From positions 3,555,058-3,619,057 of the forward strand of contig MU053487.1 of NCBI GenBank assembly GCA_013239625.1: a stretch of 64,000 bases of DNA. Reading direction: 5' to 3'. Below are positions 13,392 to 26,950 of this stretch, piece after piece. The translations under genes and the position numbers were made by a program. The stretch comes from Lama guanicoe (taxonomy: Eukaryota). The stretch's first letter is position 1. Every line of letters starts with the position of its first letter. The notes below the pieces were generated by a model. That model had not been told where the DNA came from. It worked only from the letters and a program-made list of their open reading frames with translations, and searched no databases.

Positions 13392-14874
13392 CCATGGTAT
13401 TGGTACAAAAACAGACCTACAGATCAGTGAAATAGAACAGTGAGCCATGAAATAAATCCACAAACTACAGTCAGTTAATCTTTCACAAAGTAAGCAAGAC
13501 CACACAGTGGAGTAAAGACGGCCCCTTCAGCAAATGGTGTTAGGATAACGACAGCTACGTGTAAATCAATGAAGTCTGAACACTCTCTCACACCACACAC
13601 AAAAATAAACTTAAAATGGCTTAAAGACTGAAGTAAGACTACACCATGAACCTCATAACAAGAAAACATAGGCAAAACTATCTCCAACAAGAATCTTAGC
13701 AATGTTCTCCTAGGGCAGTCTACCCAGGCAATAGAAATAAAAGCAAAAATTATCAAATGGGACCTAATTAAACTTACAAGCTTTTGCACAGCAAAGGAAA
13801 CCATAAGACAAACAAAACGACAGCCTATGGAATAGGAGAAAACATCTGCAAGTGCTGCAAAAGACAAAGGTTTAATTTCCACGATATATAAACAGCTTGT
13901 ACAACTTAATAACAAGCAAATAACCCCATCCAAAAATGGGCAGAAGACCTTAACAAGCAAGTCTCCAGTGAAGGCATACAAATGGCCAATAGGCACATGA
14001 AAAAAGCCTCAGTATCACTAATGATCAGAGAAATGCAAATCAAAACTACAATGAGGTATCACCTCACACCAGTCAGAATGGCCATCATTCAAAAGTCCAC
14101 AAACGATAAATGGTGCAGAGGCTGTGGAGAAAAGGGAGCCCTCCTACACTGCTGGTGGGAATGTAGCTTGGTGCACCCTTTATGGAAAACAGTATGGAGA
14201 TTCCTCCAAAGACTAAAAACAGACTTAACATATGATCCAGCAGTCTCACCTCCTGGGCATTTTATATATCCAGAGGGAACCTCAATTCAAAAACACACAG
14301 GTGCCCCAAAGTTCACAGCAGCACAATATATAATAGCCAAGACATACAAGCAACCTAAATGTCTACTGACAGACCACTGGGATAAAGTTGTGGTATATTT
14401 ATACAATGGAGTACTACTCAGCCATAAAAAAGAATAAAATAATGCCATTTGCAGCAATATGGATAGACCTGGAGATTGTCTTTCTAAATGAAGTAATCCA
14501 GAATTAGAGTGAAAAACACTATATGACATCCCTCATATGTGGAATCTAAAAAAAAAGACAAAGGAACTTATTTACAAAACAGAAACAGACTCAGATATAG
14601 AAAAGAAACATGGTTACCAGTCGGGAAGGGGATGGGTAGGGATAAATTCAGAGTTTTAGATTTGCAGATACTAACTACTATATATAAAATAAATACAGGT
14701 TAATACTGTATAGCACAGGGAAGTATATTCAATATCTTATAGTAAGTTATGGTGAAAAAAAATATGAAAATAAATATATATATGATGCTTTATGCTGTCC
14801 TCCAGAAATTGACACATTGTAAACTGACTATACTTCAGTAAAAACATACAGACACACAAAAAATTACAAAATAT

Positions 14875-17090
14875 TTTAAGCAAATAAAAGGTATAGAATA
14901 ATATGATGAGTTCCTTTGTACTTACTACCAAAGTACCAAATACTAACTTTTTGCCATATTTCCTTCAAATCTTGTTATACTTTTCCTTGCAAAGTAATAG
15001 CAAAGACTTAAATAGCATGTACTGTATGCTAGGTACAGTACTAGTGCTTTACATACATTGGATCACTAAATCCTCACAATAACCCTATGAGATATTATTG
15101 TTCATATCCCCATTTTACAGATAGGGAAAGTGCAATACAGAGAAGTCAAGCCACTGGCCCACATAATGGAGCATGACATGATCCTAAGCAGTTGGCTTTT
15201 GCTGCCATGTCTTCACTACCACGAGCCATCACAGGTAAAACCCTGGGACAGAATGACACAGACCTATATTCACTCCAGGGTAATCATCAGCCTGAATTTG
15301 ATGTTTATCACTCCCATGCGTGTTTTCATAGTTTTGATGTATAGTATTTTTGCATTTTTTTAAGGTTGATATAATTGGACCATGTCATATGTGTTCTTTT
15401 TTGCAAGTTCCTTTTATTCTTAACATCGTGCTTATGAGACTTACTCACATTGAAAAATGTGTATGTATTCTTTCTAGTTGTGCACAGTATTTCATTGTAT
15501 TTACTTACCCACTTTTAAGTGGATGGATTGATACTTTCTTGATTCCAGATCTCCCTGTGACTGGCAGTGCAGCAAAGGGCTCTGCTGCACAGTGTATGTC
15601 TCCTTGTACAGACGTGTGAGACTTTAGGAATACATATATGTCTGAAACTGTTAAGTTATAGGGTATGCAGATCCATGATTTATTTACCAGATACTGTACA
15701 ACTGTTCCCTGAAACGTGCCAAATCCTCACTCTTACAAAGTGTGAGTTCCCACTGTTTCATATCGTTGCCAACACAGAGAAGTTTATTTTTGATTCTCTT
15801 ATGGGTGAGAAATAGTATCTCAATGTTGATTTAATTTGCATTCCTCTGTGTTTTTCATTTGTTTACAACCATCTAAATTTCCTCTTCTGAGATTTGCCTG
15901 TCATTTCCTCCCTCCATTGTTGTGGCTGTGTTTTTGCCATTGGGTTGTCCCTCATTTCCTTATTGATGCGTAAAGCATTCAATGTATAATCAGTACTTCT
16001 GAGGACATCAATTTCTAGGTTGCGGCAGTCATTTCACTTTGTTTACCATATCCTTTACTGTACAGATATTATAAATTTTAACATAGGTATATTTAGCAAT
16101 CCTTTCTTTCATGGGATAAGCCTTTTGTATTGTTGAAGAAAGCCTGAAGGCTTTCTCCAAATTTTAAATATTTTCCCCCATTTTTATTCTAAAAGCTTTA
16201 AAATTTTATGTTATTGCCTTTAGGTGTTGAGTTCAATCCCCTGCAACTAATTAATGAGTATGGTGTGGGTAGGGATCTACATTTATTTTCTGCCATAGAG
16301 GTAACCATTCTTCCCAGCATTATTTACTGAATAATCTATCCTTTCCCTCCTGATTTATCATGCCATCTCTGTAATTCACCAAGGCTCCAAACACGCATTT
16401 CCTATTTCTGAGTTCTTAATTCTGTAGCACTGGTCCATTTTTCTGTATTTGCACCAATACAAAATACTATCATGTTTTAATTACTATGGCCTTATAATCT
16501 GTCTCAGACGTGGTAGGTAAATTCCTCACCTTATTCCTTAATTTGTCTTGATAGACTTTACTTTTCCATGTGAATTTTAGGATTGCCTAGTCAAGTCCCA
16601 TGAAAAATAAAATGTGTTAGGATTTTGATCGGAATTACATTAAACATCTAGGTTAATTTGGTAAGAACTGATATCGCTATGATATTCAGACTTTCACCCA
16701 TAAAAATGGCGTACCACTCCACTAATTTAGCTCCTTTTATATTTTTCAATGATTTTATAATTTTTATATAAAATTTATAATCTTCTACACTTATTCCTAG
16801 ATTCCTCATAGTTTTTATTCCTATTTTAAGTATTAACTTGTAGAAATTATTTTCTCCAAATGATCACTGATGCTGGCTAGAAGCAGAATAAATTTTAGTA
16901 TATCGAGACTGTACCTACCAACATGGCTGAACTCTAGTTCCAATAGCCTTCCTGGAGATTTTCTTGGATTATTTCTATGGATAACAACATAATCTGGAAA
17001 ATAACGTTAGCTCTGTTTTCCTTCCTTCTCTCTCGTTTTTCTTCTCCTCCCATGCTGACAAAGACCTCCAGTGTATTTTGGACTGGACGC
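14875..17090 (-). repeat. Ancient L1 (L1M/L1ME-like) relic with an embedded MIR at about 15000-15200; similar relic sequence at about 8400-9090 on the other side of the young L1
   Basis: T-rich antisense L1 motifs such as tttaatttgcattc, cccagcattatttactgaata, ttttaattactatggc, aaagacctccagt. Confidence 0.65.
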
Positions 17091-17822
17091 GGGGGCAGGA
17101 GGAGGGCACAGAGCCAGAGCTGCAGCGTAGCAGCTGCGTAGTAGTGGGCTCTGGCTGCAATTTGCTTGGACTTGAATCTTGGGTCTGTCACTTCCCAGCT
17201 GTGTGACCTTGGTCAAGTTATTTCACCACTCTGTGCCTCTGTTACCTTATTAGTAAAATAGTGGTAATAATAATAGCACCTCCTTACTGGTTGTTGTCAG
17301 AAATGAGGTGTTCAGCAAGCATTAGCTATGATTACCAGGATCACTGTGTGTGTGAGTTTTTTAGGCATAGGTTCCAGGAAGCTTCTGGAATAAATTTGAA
17401 CTCCAGATCTATATAGGGCCAAAATCACAGTCACGGGCTTCTGGAGGTTACTTTTTTTTCCCCCTCCTCTCCAGCGCTGGCTGAGACAGACAACTTTCCT
17501 TCTTCATCATTTCCCGGGGTCAGTGTGTGGATTTTTTCTAGTTTACCCTTTTACTGAACGTGGGGTCCTATTCTTATGGGGCTACTCAGTTCCAAACCCT
17601 ACCCGCACTGTCCCAAAGACAAGTCTCGTCTATGCACAGTCACTGAAATCTAAACCCCCAGGATTACTCAAATCAGCACCTGTCCCACCCTCAGGGCAAC
17701 TACAGAACCATTTCACATGTTTACTGCTATAATTTTTAAGTTCCCCTTTGTTTTTGGCACTTGGGAATTTCTGTTACCTTCTCATGAACTTTGGTATGCA
17801 TGTCAAAGAATCTTTGCTCTAG

Positions 17823-17859
<37 letters not shown>

Positions 17860-19657
17860 TTCAGTTGGAGACGTTGCAGGCTTTCTTGGGCACAATACTG
17901 CTAGGAACAGAAGGTTCGTTTGCCTTTTTTCTTTGTTTATATGATGAGCTAAATGTTAGTTAAATCTATCAATCTTCTCCTTTATGTAATTTGTCTTCAG
18001 TGATGTGCTTAGAAAGGCTTTTTCCATATCAAGATTATTTACCCATGCTGATTTGCGTGATTTTGTTTCTTTACATTTCACATTTAAACCGTCTAAAATA
18101 TATTAACTTCAAGACAATCAAAACCTTACATATTAGCAATAAAGCAAAGCTACCCAGACAAAACAAAATATAGCTATGATCCAACTACGTGGTCTAGCAA
18201 TACTAACTGAACTATGAGTTTAACACGACTGCAATTCAGTCACAACTGAACGCCCAGAGAAGCCACCAGGGCTCTTCATCACTTTGACTTGCTGCTCAGT
18301 CCAAGCCAACAGTCACATTCCACTGAAACTGCATTCAACTGAAACCCTGCATGACCACCACCTGGAGACCACCCAACACAAGGCAGGCACAATTGTACCA
18401 CGAGACTCCTACAGACTAAGATCTAGCTTTCCCTTCTGTTTGTATATAGAAGAAAGAAAGAAAAGCAGAATTACAACAAAACGGACTCACATTTGTGGGG
18501 GAAAAAAAAACTGAATAAACCCTGTAGAGAACTATCCAGAATTCTGGACATGGAAAGCAATAATGGCAGAAATTCCTCACATTTCACAGTGTGGGAGACC
18601 TGCTTGACTTTGGGGGTCACCTGTGCAGCTGGCACCGACAGGGCTGGGTCTGAGGGGGGAGAGAACTTGGATGGAATGTCCCCCTCCCCTGACTCAACCT
18701 CAGTGCCGATCCCAGGAGCTCCTTTCAGAAGCCAGCGGGCTCTTTGCAGCCCTGTCCTAGGATCTCCTGGAGAGGGGCCGACTCTGTGTTGGCCTGGACA
18801 GACCAGGAGGACCCTGTCCCTCAGAGTCAAAAGACACAGCTACATGCCCAGTTCTGCCACCACTATGTCACCTCTCCAGCCTCAGTTTTCCAACTTTAGA
18901 GTGAAGAGGTAGGACTTGATTTGGTCTCCAGAAAAAAAACACAAATCAGAATTAGAACCCAGGCTTTCTGACTTCCAGGGACAGCTCTTTAATACCAGCC
19001 ACAATGATAATAATCCCAGCTATCATTTATTTTGAGTGCTCATTGTTTATCGAACTCTGAGCCAAGCACATTACACGCATTATCTTATTCAATCCTCATT
19101 AGCTCCCTATGAGGTTGATGCTGTCATCCTAATTTTACATTTATTAAATTCAACAAATACTCGTTGTGCCAATTTCTAAGACTAAGTAATTTGCTCGAGG
19201 TCACAGTTAGTAGTTTAGTCAGAACTCAAACCTGGCTTTGCCTGATTTACTGCCCCCTCCTTCCCTCCATCCACCCATCCCTCTACCCTCCCTTCTTCCT
19301 TCTCTCATCCAGCCATCCGTCCACCCCCTTCCCTAAAAGAACTGCCTCTTCTTGCGCACACTCTCCTCCTCCGTTACTAATTGCCATATCTCACGTCCCC
19401 ACACATTTCAGGCTCGTCCTCAAATCACTTTCATTTTCTAGCCTTTGTGCATCTTTATCCACAACCTCTCACTCACAACAACATCTCCCAGCTCCTCAGA
19501 AGCTGATCCTGACACTCCTTCCTCCTGTATGTCTTCCACAATGACTTCCACCTTCAGAAGACCCTTTCTTGCTCAGAGTCCCTCCTCCCTTACCCATGAA
19601 GGCTGGTCCTTCACACCAGGACATCTGTTTGAGAGTCAGCTGCCAACGGCCCCTTAC

Positions 19658-19896
19658 CAGGTTTCCGACCTGCAGCATCTCCTCGAATTCAGTTGTCATG
19701 TTGTAATGCTCCAGTGCCATGAAGAGTGTGTTAAGCACGATGCACATGGTGATGGTGAGGTCAGCGAATGGGTCCATGACCATGAACTTCACTTTCTGCT
19801 TGATGGACATCCACAGTGGGCAGCACTCCCAGATCAGGTAGCGCTGGGCAAAGCGGGTCCAGCACGGCGGGCACTTGCGGTGAGACTCCTCCAACT
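19658..19896 (-). CDS. SCN5A: SCN5A exon 14 (239 nt; [13 protein letters not shown]...LQVGNL, DII S1)
   Basis: Acceptor ccccgcag|A; donor CTG|GTAAGG. Confidence 0.98.
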
Positions 19897-20803
19897 CTGC
19901 GGGGCGGGGTGGGAGAGCCAGTGAGCTGGTTTGTTTGTGCTGACTGACTCTTATATAACTCGTGGTAGTCCAGAAAAGATGTACGACTTGCCCAGGGAGA
20001 TGACAGGCTGCCACATGACAGGGGGCAATGAGAGGGGCAAGGAAGGCTAACAGAAAGAGTGGCCTGTGTCCTGGCTCCTTACTCTGGAAATACAGGAGTA
20101 GAGGGCCCCCAGGACAGAAAGCCAGGATGGATGCAGGGAAAACTGGGACAAGACACAGTAAAACAGATGTGGGCTCATCCCACATAGCTGTAGGGACGCT
20201 CAGAGGACGACAGGCTGAGACAATATCTGAGACAGGTGAATTCAGATATAAGGACACTCAGGACCCAAGAGGCAGGAATAGACGTGGCTATCTGGGACAT
20301 GTTAGGACAGGTGCAGGGCTGGGGGGTGCCTGGGACAGGAGGGGACAAATTGAGGGGGGCTGCCAAGTTCAGAATGGATGGGATGTGGGGTTGCCTAACT
20401 GAGACTGGCTCAGACAGATGTGGGATGCCTGGGCTAGCCTGGGGTAGACCTGGGAATGGCTAGGACTAGGCTAGAACAGGCATACATGGGACAGGCCCAT
20501 CCCAGCAGACATGGGGATGCGTGGGAGAGGACAGGATGAGACCAATAAGCACTCGGGACAGGCCAGGATGGCTATGGCCACGTTTGGAAGAAACAGACAT
20601 GGATCCAGAGGACGCCCAGGACAAAACAAGCTGGAACAGATGAAAAGACACCTAGGACAGGCAACAGACAGAAAAGCCTGGGACGACCGTGGGGATGTCC
20701 AAGGCAGGCCTAACAGCCGGTGCGTGCCTGGCTCAGGCTGGGGTAACTGTGAGGGTGCTTAGACTGGAAGTGGGGAGTGTCTGTATGACACTGGGGCGCT
20801 GAC

Positions 20804-20936
20804 CTTCAAGCACGCTGGTGAGGGCGCTGACCGCGCTGAGGGCTCGCTGCCGCTCTGCTGGCTCCTCAAAGCCATCCACACACGGAGCCTGGGGGGTCAG
20901 CATCTGGGGCCTGCCTGGCTCCTCCGACGGTGTGGT
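20804..20936 (-). CDS. SCN5A: SCN5A exon 13 (133 nt; [13 protein letters not shown]...TSVLE)
   Basis: Acceptor cccccag|A; donor AAG|GTCAGC. Confidence 0.96.
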
Positions 20937-22318
20937 CTGGGGGTAACCGGGAGATAATGCATCAGCCTGGGACACGGCTCCAGCTGGACCAGGGACAGCC
21001 AGCCCAGACTCAGGTTGGGGAGGTCAAAGGGGGACAGGATGGGGGTCTTGATGGAACACTGGGCACCTTTGCTCCCAACTCCCTCCCAGTGAACAACTCC
21101 CCTCACCCCTCCCGCCAATCGTTATCTCCTTTATTCTCTTTTTTTCTTCACCGTCTCTCATCAGTGGTGATTCTTGAGTGTGGACAGGAAATGACATGTA
21201 CAAAGTTCTACTAACCAGATGCTGTCACATACATTAGTACATGCAAAAATGATCTGGGAGTCTTAGTTGACCCCAAGGTCCCTAGAGTCAGGAGCATAAA
21301 GAAGCTGAAAAATACCCACCACGCTTTAAGGTAGCATTAACAGAGGCACAGAACACAACGCTTAGACATAGCCGGTGGGAGCTTTTGAGGAGGCAGTTTG
21401 GCTATATCTACCAAGAAACTTTTAAATCAGCTCTGCAATTCCTCATCTAATAATGTAACTTCATAAATAATTATACACATGCACCAAAAATACGTATGCA
21501 ACGAGGTTCATTGCAGCATTGCTCCTACCACCATAAAAACAAAACAACTGATCAATAGGAAGAATATTAAAATCAATTATGGGCACAATCTGGCTCTGGA
21601 CTCTGACACAAACAGTAAAGAGAACAAGGCCGTTCAACTTGTGTTCCCATGGGAGCACTTCCAAGCAAATAGTTTGATGAAAAAACAAGAAAAACATCTG
21701 GAAGATATACACTGAACTGTTCAAGTGGTTATAACTGGGGAACAGGATTGAGAGGGAAAGGGAAGCACTTTTACTCCTGCACCACTGGCTTTGTTGCAGC
21801 GTGCCTGCATCACGTTTGTAAGGAAAAGCAGCAGGCCTGCGGACGGAGATGGGGCGCGTCCTGATGGAGCAGACATTCTCTCGGCTTACTCAGAGCCCCC
21901 CACAGAATCAGGGCGCCCGCAGAGGCTTCACATCAGCACGGCCGTGCATGACCACAGCCCATGAGCCCAGGCTGGGGTTGATGAAGGCACTGGCTATTCA
22001 GTGTGCGAGAATGAGGCTCTATAATCTCTGTAGGTCAGTGGAAAGATGGGCCCAGGCAACCCAGGGTGGCAGAGCCAGGGCCTGGGGTGGGTACCCAATT
22101 GATCTGGGCTCAAGTTAAGGTCAGCCTTTGCAGTTGGTGGGACTGCCCTGAAGTTCTGTGTAGTGAGCTCCCAGTCGTGGAAGTATTCAAGCAGAGGCCC
22201 CCGAGAGGGCTGAGGTAGCTGGCGGAACAGTAGTATCCTAGGTCCTACGCAGCCACAGATCTGGCCAGTGTAATTCACAAGCATGTCTAAATTCTCCCAA
22301 CTTCTCTCCTTTACCATC

Positions 22319-22770
22319 TGTGACAGTTTGGGTTATCACTCAGCAAATATTTACTCTTTCCTCTCCTACTGTGACTGAAGGAAAACTCCCTGTCCTTTTG
22401 ATGACACACTTGCTTTGGCCGAGGGAATGTTAGGGGACATGATGTGAACAGAAGCACCTTAAATGTGCTCGTGCCGTTGGCTTTGCTCTCGTGCTCCAGA
22501 AATCCTCCAGGAAAGGAGCTTCCCCAGGTAGCTGGCACCCTTTCAGCCTGGTTCAAAGAGGAGCAGCCCTGAGTGTGGAGAAACCCACAGTGCGAAGCCA
22601 AGCGAACGTGCAGCCTGGAGCAGAGCTGCCCGGCCAAGCCCAACCTACACCAGCCGAGCCACGGTCAAGCTGCAGAGAAGTGAGCATGAGGATGAAGGCT
22701 TGTCAGCCGCTGACTTGGGGGAGGGGTGGTTTTTTACACAGCAGTATTCTGCCAACAGATCACTGATACA
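22319..22770 (+). mobile_element. MaLR solo LTR (MLT1H/I/J-like)
   Basis: TG...CTGATACA termini; internal cttgctttggcc...gaatg and gagcagagctgccc motifs. Confidence 0.7.
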
Positions 22771-22779
22771 CCATCTTAG

Positions 22780-23450
22780 TGCAAGCCAGCATCATCTCTT
22801 TCCCAAAACTTCTGCCAACAGCCTCCTAACTGGCCTCTCTTCTCTTTCTGATATTCTCTACACAGTTGAAAGATTCCCTTAAAGAGTAAATCAGATCATG
22901 ACAATCCTCTGATCAGCAACTTCCCCCATCTTACTCAGAGCCAATCCAAACTTTTCTGTCGCCTGCATGGTCCAAACCCTAAGTCCTCAAACTCATCTTC
23001 TATCCCTTCTTCCTGTTTCCACCATAGCCAGCCCTGCCCGGCCCTCTCATCCCGTAAACGTGCCAAGCTTTTTCCTCTTCAGGGACCTTACACTTGCTGT
23101 TTCCTCTTCCTAAAACACCATTCCTTCCATACCTTCATGGCTGGCTTGCTGAAATCATCTGCGGGTCAATTTTCATGTCACCTCCAAAGGAAGGACTTCC
23201 CCGTGCATTTTAATTAGTAGCTGCCATCCCCAGCCCTCCCCCTAGCAACTTTCTATCACATGACCCTTACTGCTACCTGGAAATATTGATCAGCTGCCTC
23301 TCCGCCCTCCTGACTACAATATAAACTCCACGAGCTCAGAGCTGCTGTCTGCTCTGTTCACTGCTACATCCCTGGAGCCTTAAACACTGCCTGGCACTAA
23401 CACAGACGGCTGGTACCGGATAGATGTTGGTTGGATGGATAAATACTTGG
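22780..23450 (+). repeat. LINE-2 3' fragment
   Basis: aaatcagatcatg, ctcttcagggacctt.cacttgctgtttcctct, tgtctgctctgttcactgct...tgcctggcac. Confidence 0.7.
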
Positions 23451-25750
23451 CAATCAGGGGCTTATGTTAAGTTCCAGCTCTGTCCCTAACTTGTTAGGTG
23501 ATGGGGAAAGGAGAAAGAAGAGTCTGTTCACCGGTGCCTCCCCGACCCCGCTGCCTCCGGGGCCAGGCACTCCCACAGACAGCAGGCAAAGTAGACCCTC
23601 ACTCTCCACCCCCTAATTTGGATAAATTAAAGGGAGCTGTTTGTTGGGCCAGTCCCCTCCTTTTCCCATATGGGGGAAGCAACCACCCCATGTCTAACAC
23701 TGCGTTTTGTCTTCAGACTAGAACTGGGCAGAAGTGTCACCAGGGACCCAGTAGAAGCCAAGAAGGCATCTCCAGGGGCCCACAGCCTGCTGCCTCTCTA
23801 ACTTTTCAATATCTCCATCTTGGTCCGCTAATTCCTTTAACTTTGCAAATAACCCCCTTGGCCTGCTAATCCCTTTAAGGTTACAAATGGGCCCCACAGA
23901 AGTGAGAATGGGTGAAGTCAGAGTTCCCAGTAATGAAGTGTTTGAACTTGGATTCCTCCCGACATGTGCAGTACAATGAGATGATTTTCTCCCTAATGAA
24001 ATTAGGAAATTCTATTAGCGCTCCAGCTGCTGACCTGATTCCACAGGGCTGAGGCTCCAGGGTGGGACCTGCAGGAGAGCCTGCAGCCACTGGCATTGGG
24101 TGTTCCTGGGAAGCCAGACACCCACCCTCCAGGTGATGCCCAGGGGCCCCCTCAGAACCACCCAGAAACTACCATCTGCCCCAGTGGGTTCCAGGACCCT
24201 CTCGTTGCCTCCCTACTCCAGAGGAGCATGAGGGCCCCAGATGCTCTGCAGTGTGCCCCAGGAGTCTTTACTCCTTCCTGCTCAGTAACAATTATAGGTA
24301 ATAATAATAATTACTTGAGCACGAGACAAGTACTGGCCAAGCACCAGACAGGTTGTAACTCTTTCAGTCCTCACCACAACCTTCTGATGCGGAAATTAAT
24401 TTTATTTCCACGTAACAGATGAGGAAGTTGAGGCACAGAGAGATATTAATTAACCTGTACAAAGTCCCACAGTTAGAGGAAGTGGCTGAGCTGTAGAAAA
24501 ACAGGCCATGTGGCCGTGAGCACCCCCTCTCACTGTCCTGTCCTGCTTCCTCAGAAAGTCTGGCCTCCTCCGCCTCCTACAGGCCTCGGGGTCTGAGCCG
24601 CACGTCTGCCCTATTTCTGGGTGGGCTGCTCTGAGCATTGTGCTAGGGGGGCAGGGGGCAGCAAGGTCACTGGAAGGCTGGTTGGGCAGTCATCAGTCTG
24701 TCAGGGGATCGGCTGACTGAGTGATCAAAGCTCTGACGGGCCACTCATGGTCTGGCCCCTCCCCGTCACCTTTCTGACAATCACTCCAACTCCTCCCCCC
24801 TTTACTCCCTGGTTTCCAGCCACGCTGCCCTCATGGCATTTCCTCCAATAGGCTAGGCATGCTTCTACCTCAGGGCCTTTGCACCTGCTATTCTCTAGGC
24901 CTGGAACACGTTTCCCCCAGATGATGTAATCCCAGTACGTGACTCTGACGTTATCACAACGTGCTCGTGCTCATCCTGACTGCTTTGCCCCTATAAGCGC
25001 ATTCATCCTGGCATCGATCCTGAGGTGGGTATTTTAAATCCACTTTACAGACAAGAGACCTGAGGCACAGAGAAATCAAGTGACTTGCTCACAGCCATCC
25101 AGCTGGTAAATGATGAGCCAGCGTTCAAACCCAATTTGTCTCCAGAATCTGTGTGCTAACCCCTTTGCTAACCACTGCTCACCCGGTTCCCCTCCCTGCC
25201 TCCTTTAGGTCATTGTTTAAATGCCTCCTAATGAGAGGTGGTTCCCTCTCCCCATTCCCCACTTCTGTCTTCCCAAAGCACTTAGTATTTGGGCTAATAT
25301 TAAGTTATTGGTTTGTCAAGTATCAAAATATTTTGAACTCACTGAATAATTGTCACCCAGAACCCTATAAGTGTCCCCGTGCAACTCCAGCCCTTTTCTC
25401 AGGACCCTGTGGACTGTCCACAATCCGGCAACTCTCTAGAACTGCCACACACAGGTCCTGGGCCACCAGGGCATCTCAGTGCCCATGTCTTACCAGTTGC
25501 TAAATATTGAGCTATCAGCCCTGTTTATCACCATTACATACCAGATCCGCATATATACAAATTTTTCTTCTTTGACTTTTGTCTGCCTGGCTGCTCTATG
25601 AAGGAGAGGCTTTTGGTAAGCTCATTCACCCCCAGAGCCTAGTATACAACAGGAGCTCAGTAAATACTTGACAAGTATTTTTAGACCTGGCACTGGTGAC
25701 CAGTTTGGGAGACCAGGCCTGTCCTGGGACTGCATGGGGGGTGGGCTCAC

Positions 25751-26122
25751 CGTGTCCTGGGGGCGCTCCAGCATCACAGGGCAGAGGCGGCGGTTCCCTG
25801 GGGAGGTGGCCTCAGGATCACCTACCCCCAGCAAGGAGACTACCCCGTTGCAGTCCACGGTGCTGTTCCTTTTGCCATTGAGGACATGGCCTAGAGTTGA
25901 GGTTCCTGGACTGGGCTGTCCCTGGGAACTAGGCCGGCGCAGAGGCCAAGGCACCAGCAGCGACGTGCGGTGGCTCTCGCTATCCCCCGCAGTGCTGTTC
26001 TCATCATCTGCAAAATCTGTCTCGGAGCCCAGGTCTCGCCGGCGGAAGGTGAAAATGCTCCCACGGCTGGAGCGTGGCTTCAAGGAGGTTCTGCTGAGGC
26101 CGTGGGTGATGCTGAGGCGATT
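25751..26122 (-). CDS. SCN5A: SCN5A exon 12 (372 nt; [13 protein letters not shown]...ERPQDT)
   Basis: Acceptor cctcag|A; donor ACG|GTGAGC; contains [13 protein letters not shown] and [12 protein letters not shown]. Confidence 0.98.
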
Positions 26123-26770
26123 CTGAGGGCATGCAGAGAGGGGACAGGACTGAGACAGCTCTTCACGTGTTCCCAGCCTATCTCGTGGCATCAGCCCCAG
26201 CTCAACTTGGAGCACTGATGGCTTTTGTCGGCCATGTACGAACTAGGTGGGCTGAGTCAGGGGTGCTAAGAGGAGGGACGCAATCCTGCATCATCTGGGA
26301 TCTCTGCTCACTTGAAGCCTGTGCCTCTGGGGCTTTGACACTGAACCTTATCTGGGCCTGAAGTGGGACCAAGGCTGGGCAGGGGAGAAGGGGACAGAAG
26401 GCTCCAGGTGGTGCAGACAGGCCTGGCCTGAGCAGGGCCTGGTGCAGTCAAGATGTGTCCCTCGCTCATTTGGGCACATCATTGAGCTCCTACCAATCCA
26501 CACCACAGGGTGCCCCTCAGTACCAGCCCCAGTGCTGTGGACTTAGCTGAGGTTGGGGATTTCATAACATCCGAACCTACCCGGTTCCCCTGCCCAGGGC
26601 CCCTTCCCCTCCAAGAATGGCCATGGGAAACAGGAGGAGCTGGGAGGGGCTCAAGGAATGCTCTCCTTGGGGAGAAACCATGGGGGCTGTGACAGCACCA
26701 GGGGCCTAACATGATGACCCTTTGATGCCAGAGCCACCCTAAAAGGGCCAGAGCCCCTGCCGGGGATTAC

Positions 26771-26950
26771 CACTGCTCGGAGACCATCCTCCGAGTCAGA
26801 CTTGGGGATCCTGTCTTCCCCACACTCCTCTGTCCCTGAAGACATTCGTTTTCTCCTCTTGCTCCTTCTCTCGTGAGTGGTTACTGGGGCCAAAGGGGAC
26901 ATCTCCAAGGAGCTGCGGGACACGGTGTCCACACCCCTGATGGCGAGGGC
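26771..26950 (-). CDS. SCN5A: SCN5A exon 11 (180 nt; [14 protein letters not shown]...DGLRAV)
   Basis: Acceptor ttcccag|G; donor GTG|GTAATC; DI-DII linker. Confidence 0.97.

Larger units (their letters stand above)
9111..14857 (+). mobile_element. 5'-truncated composite LINE-1 (ORF2 EN, RT and C-rich domains plus 3'UTRs), decayed, antisense to SCN5A
   Basis: ORF2 motifs [66 protein letters not shown] (9094-9110) / AAAAAATTACAAAATAT (14858-14874) at a TTT/AAAA endonuclease site. Confidence 0.95.

Noticed and set aside
9053..14437. Functional L1 ORF2 or a domesticated reverse transcriptase
   Set aside because: Many stops and frameshifts, no ORF1 or 5'UTR, interrupted by nested inserts
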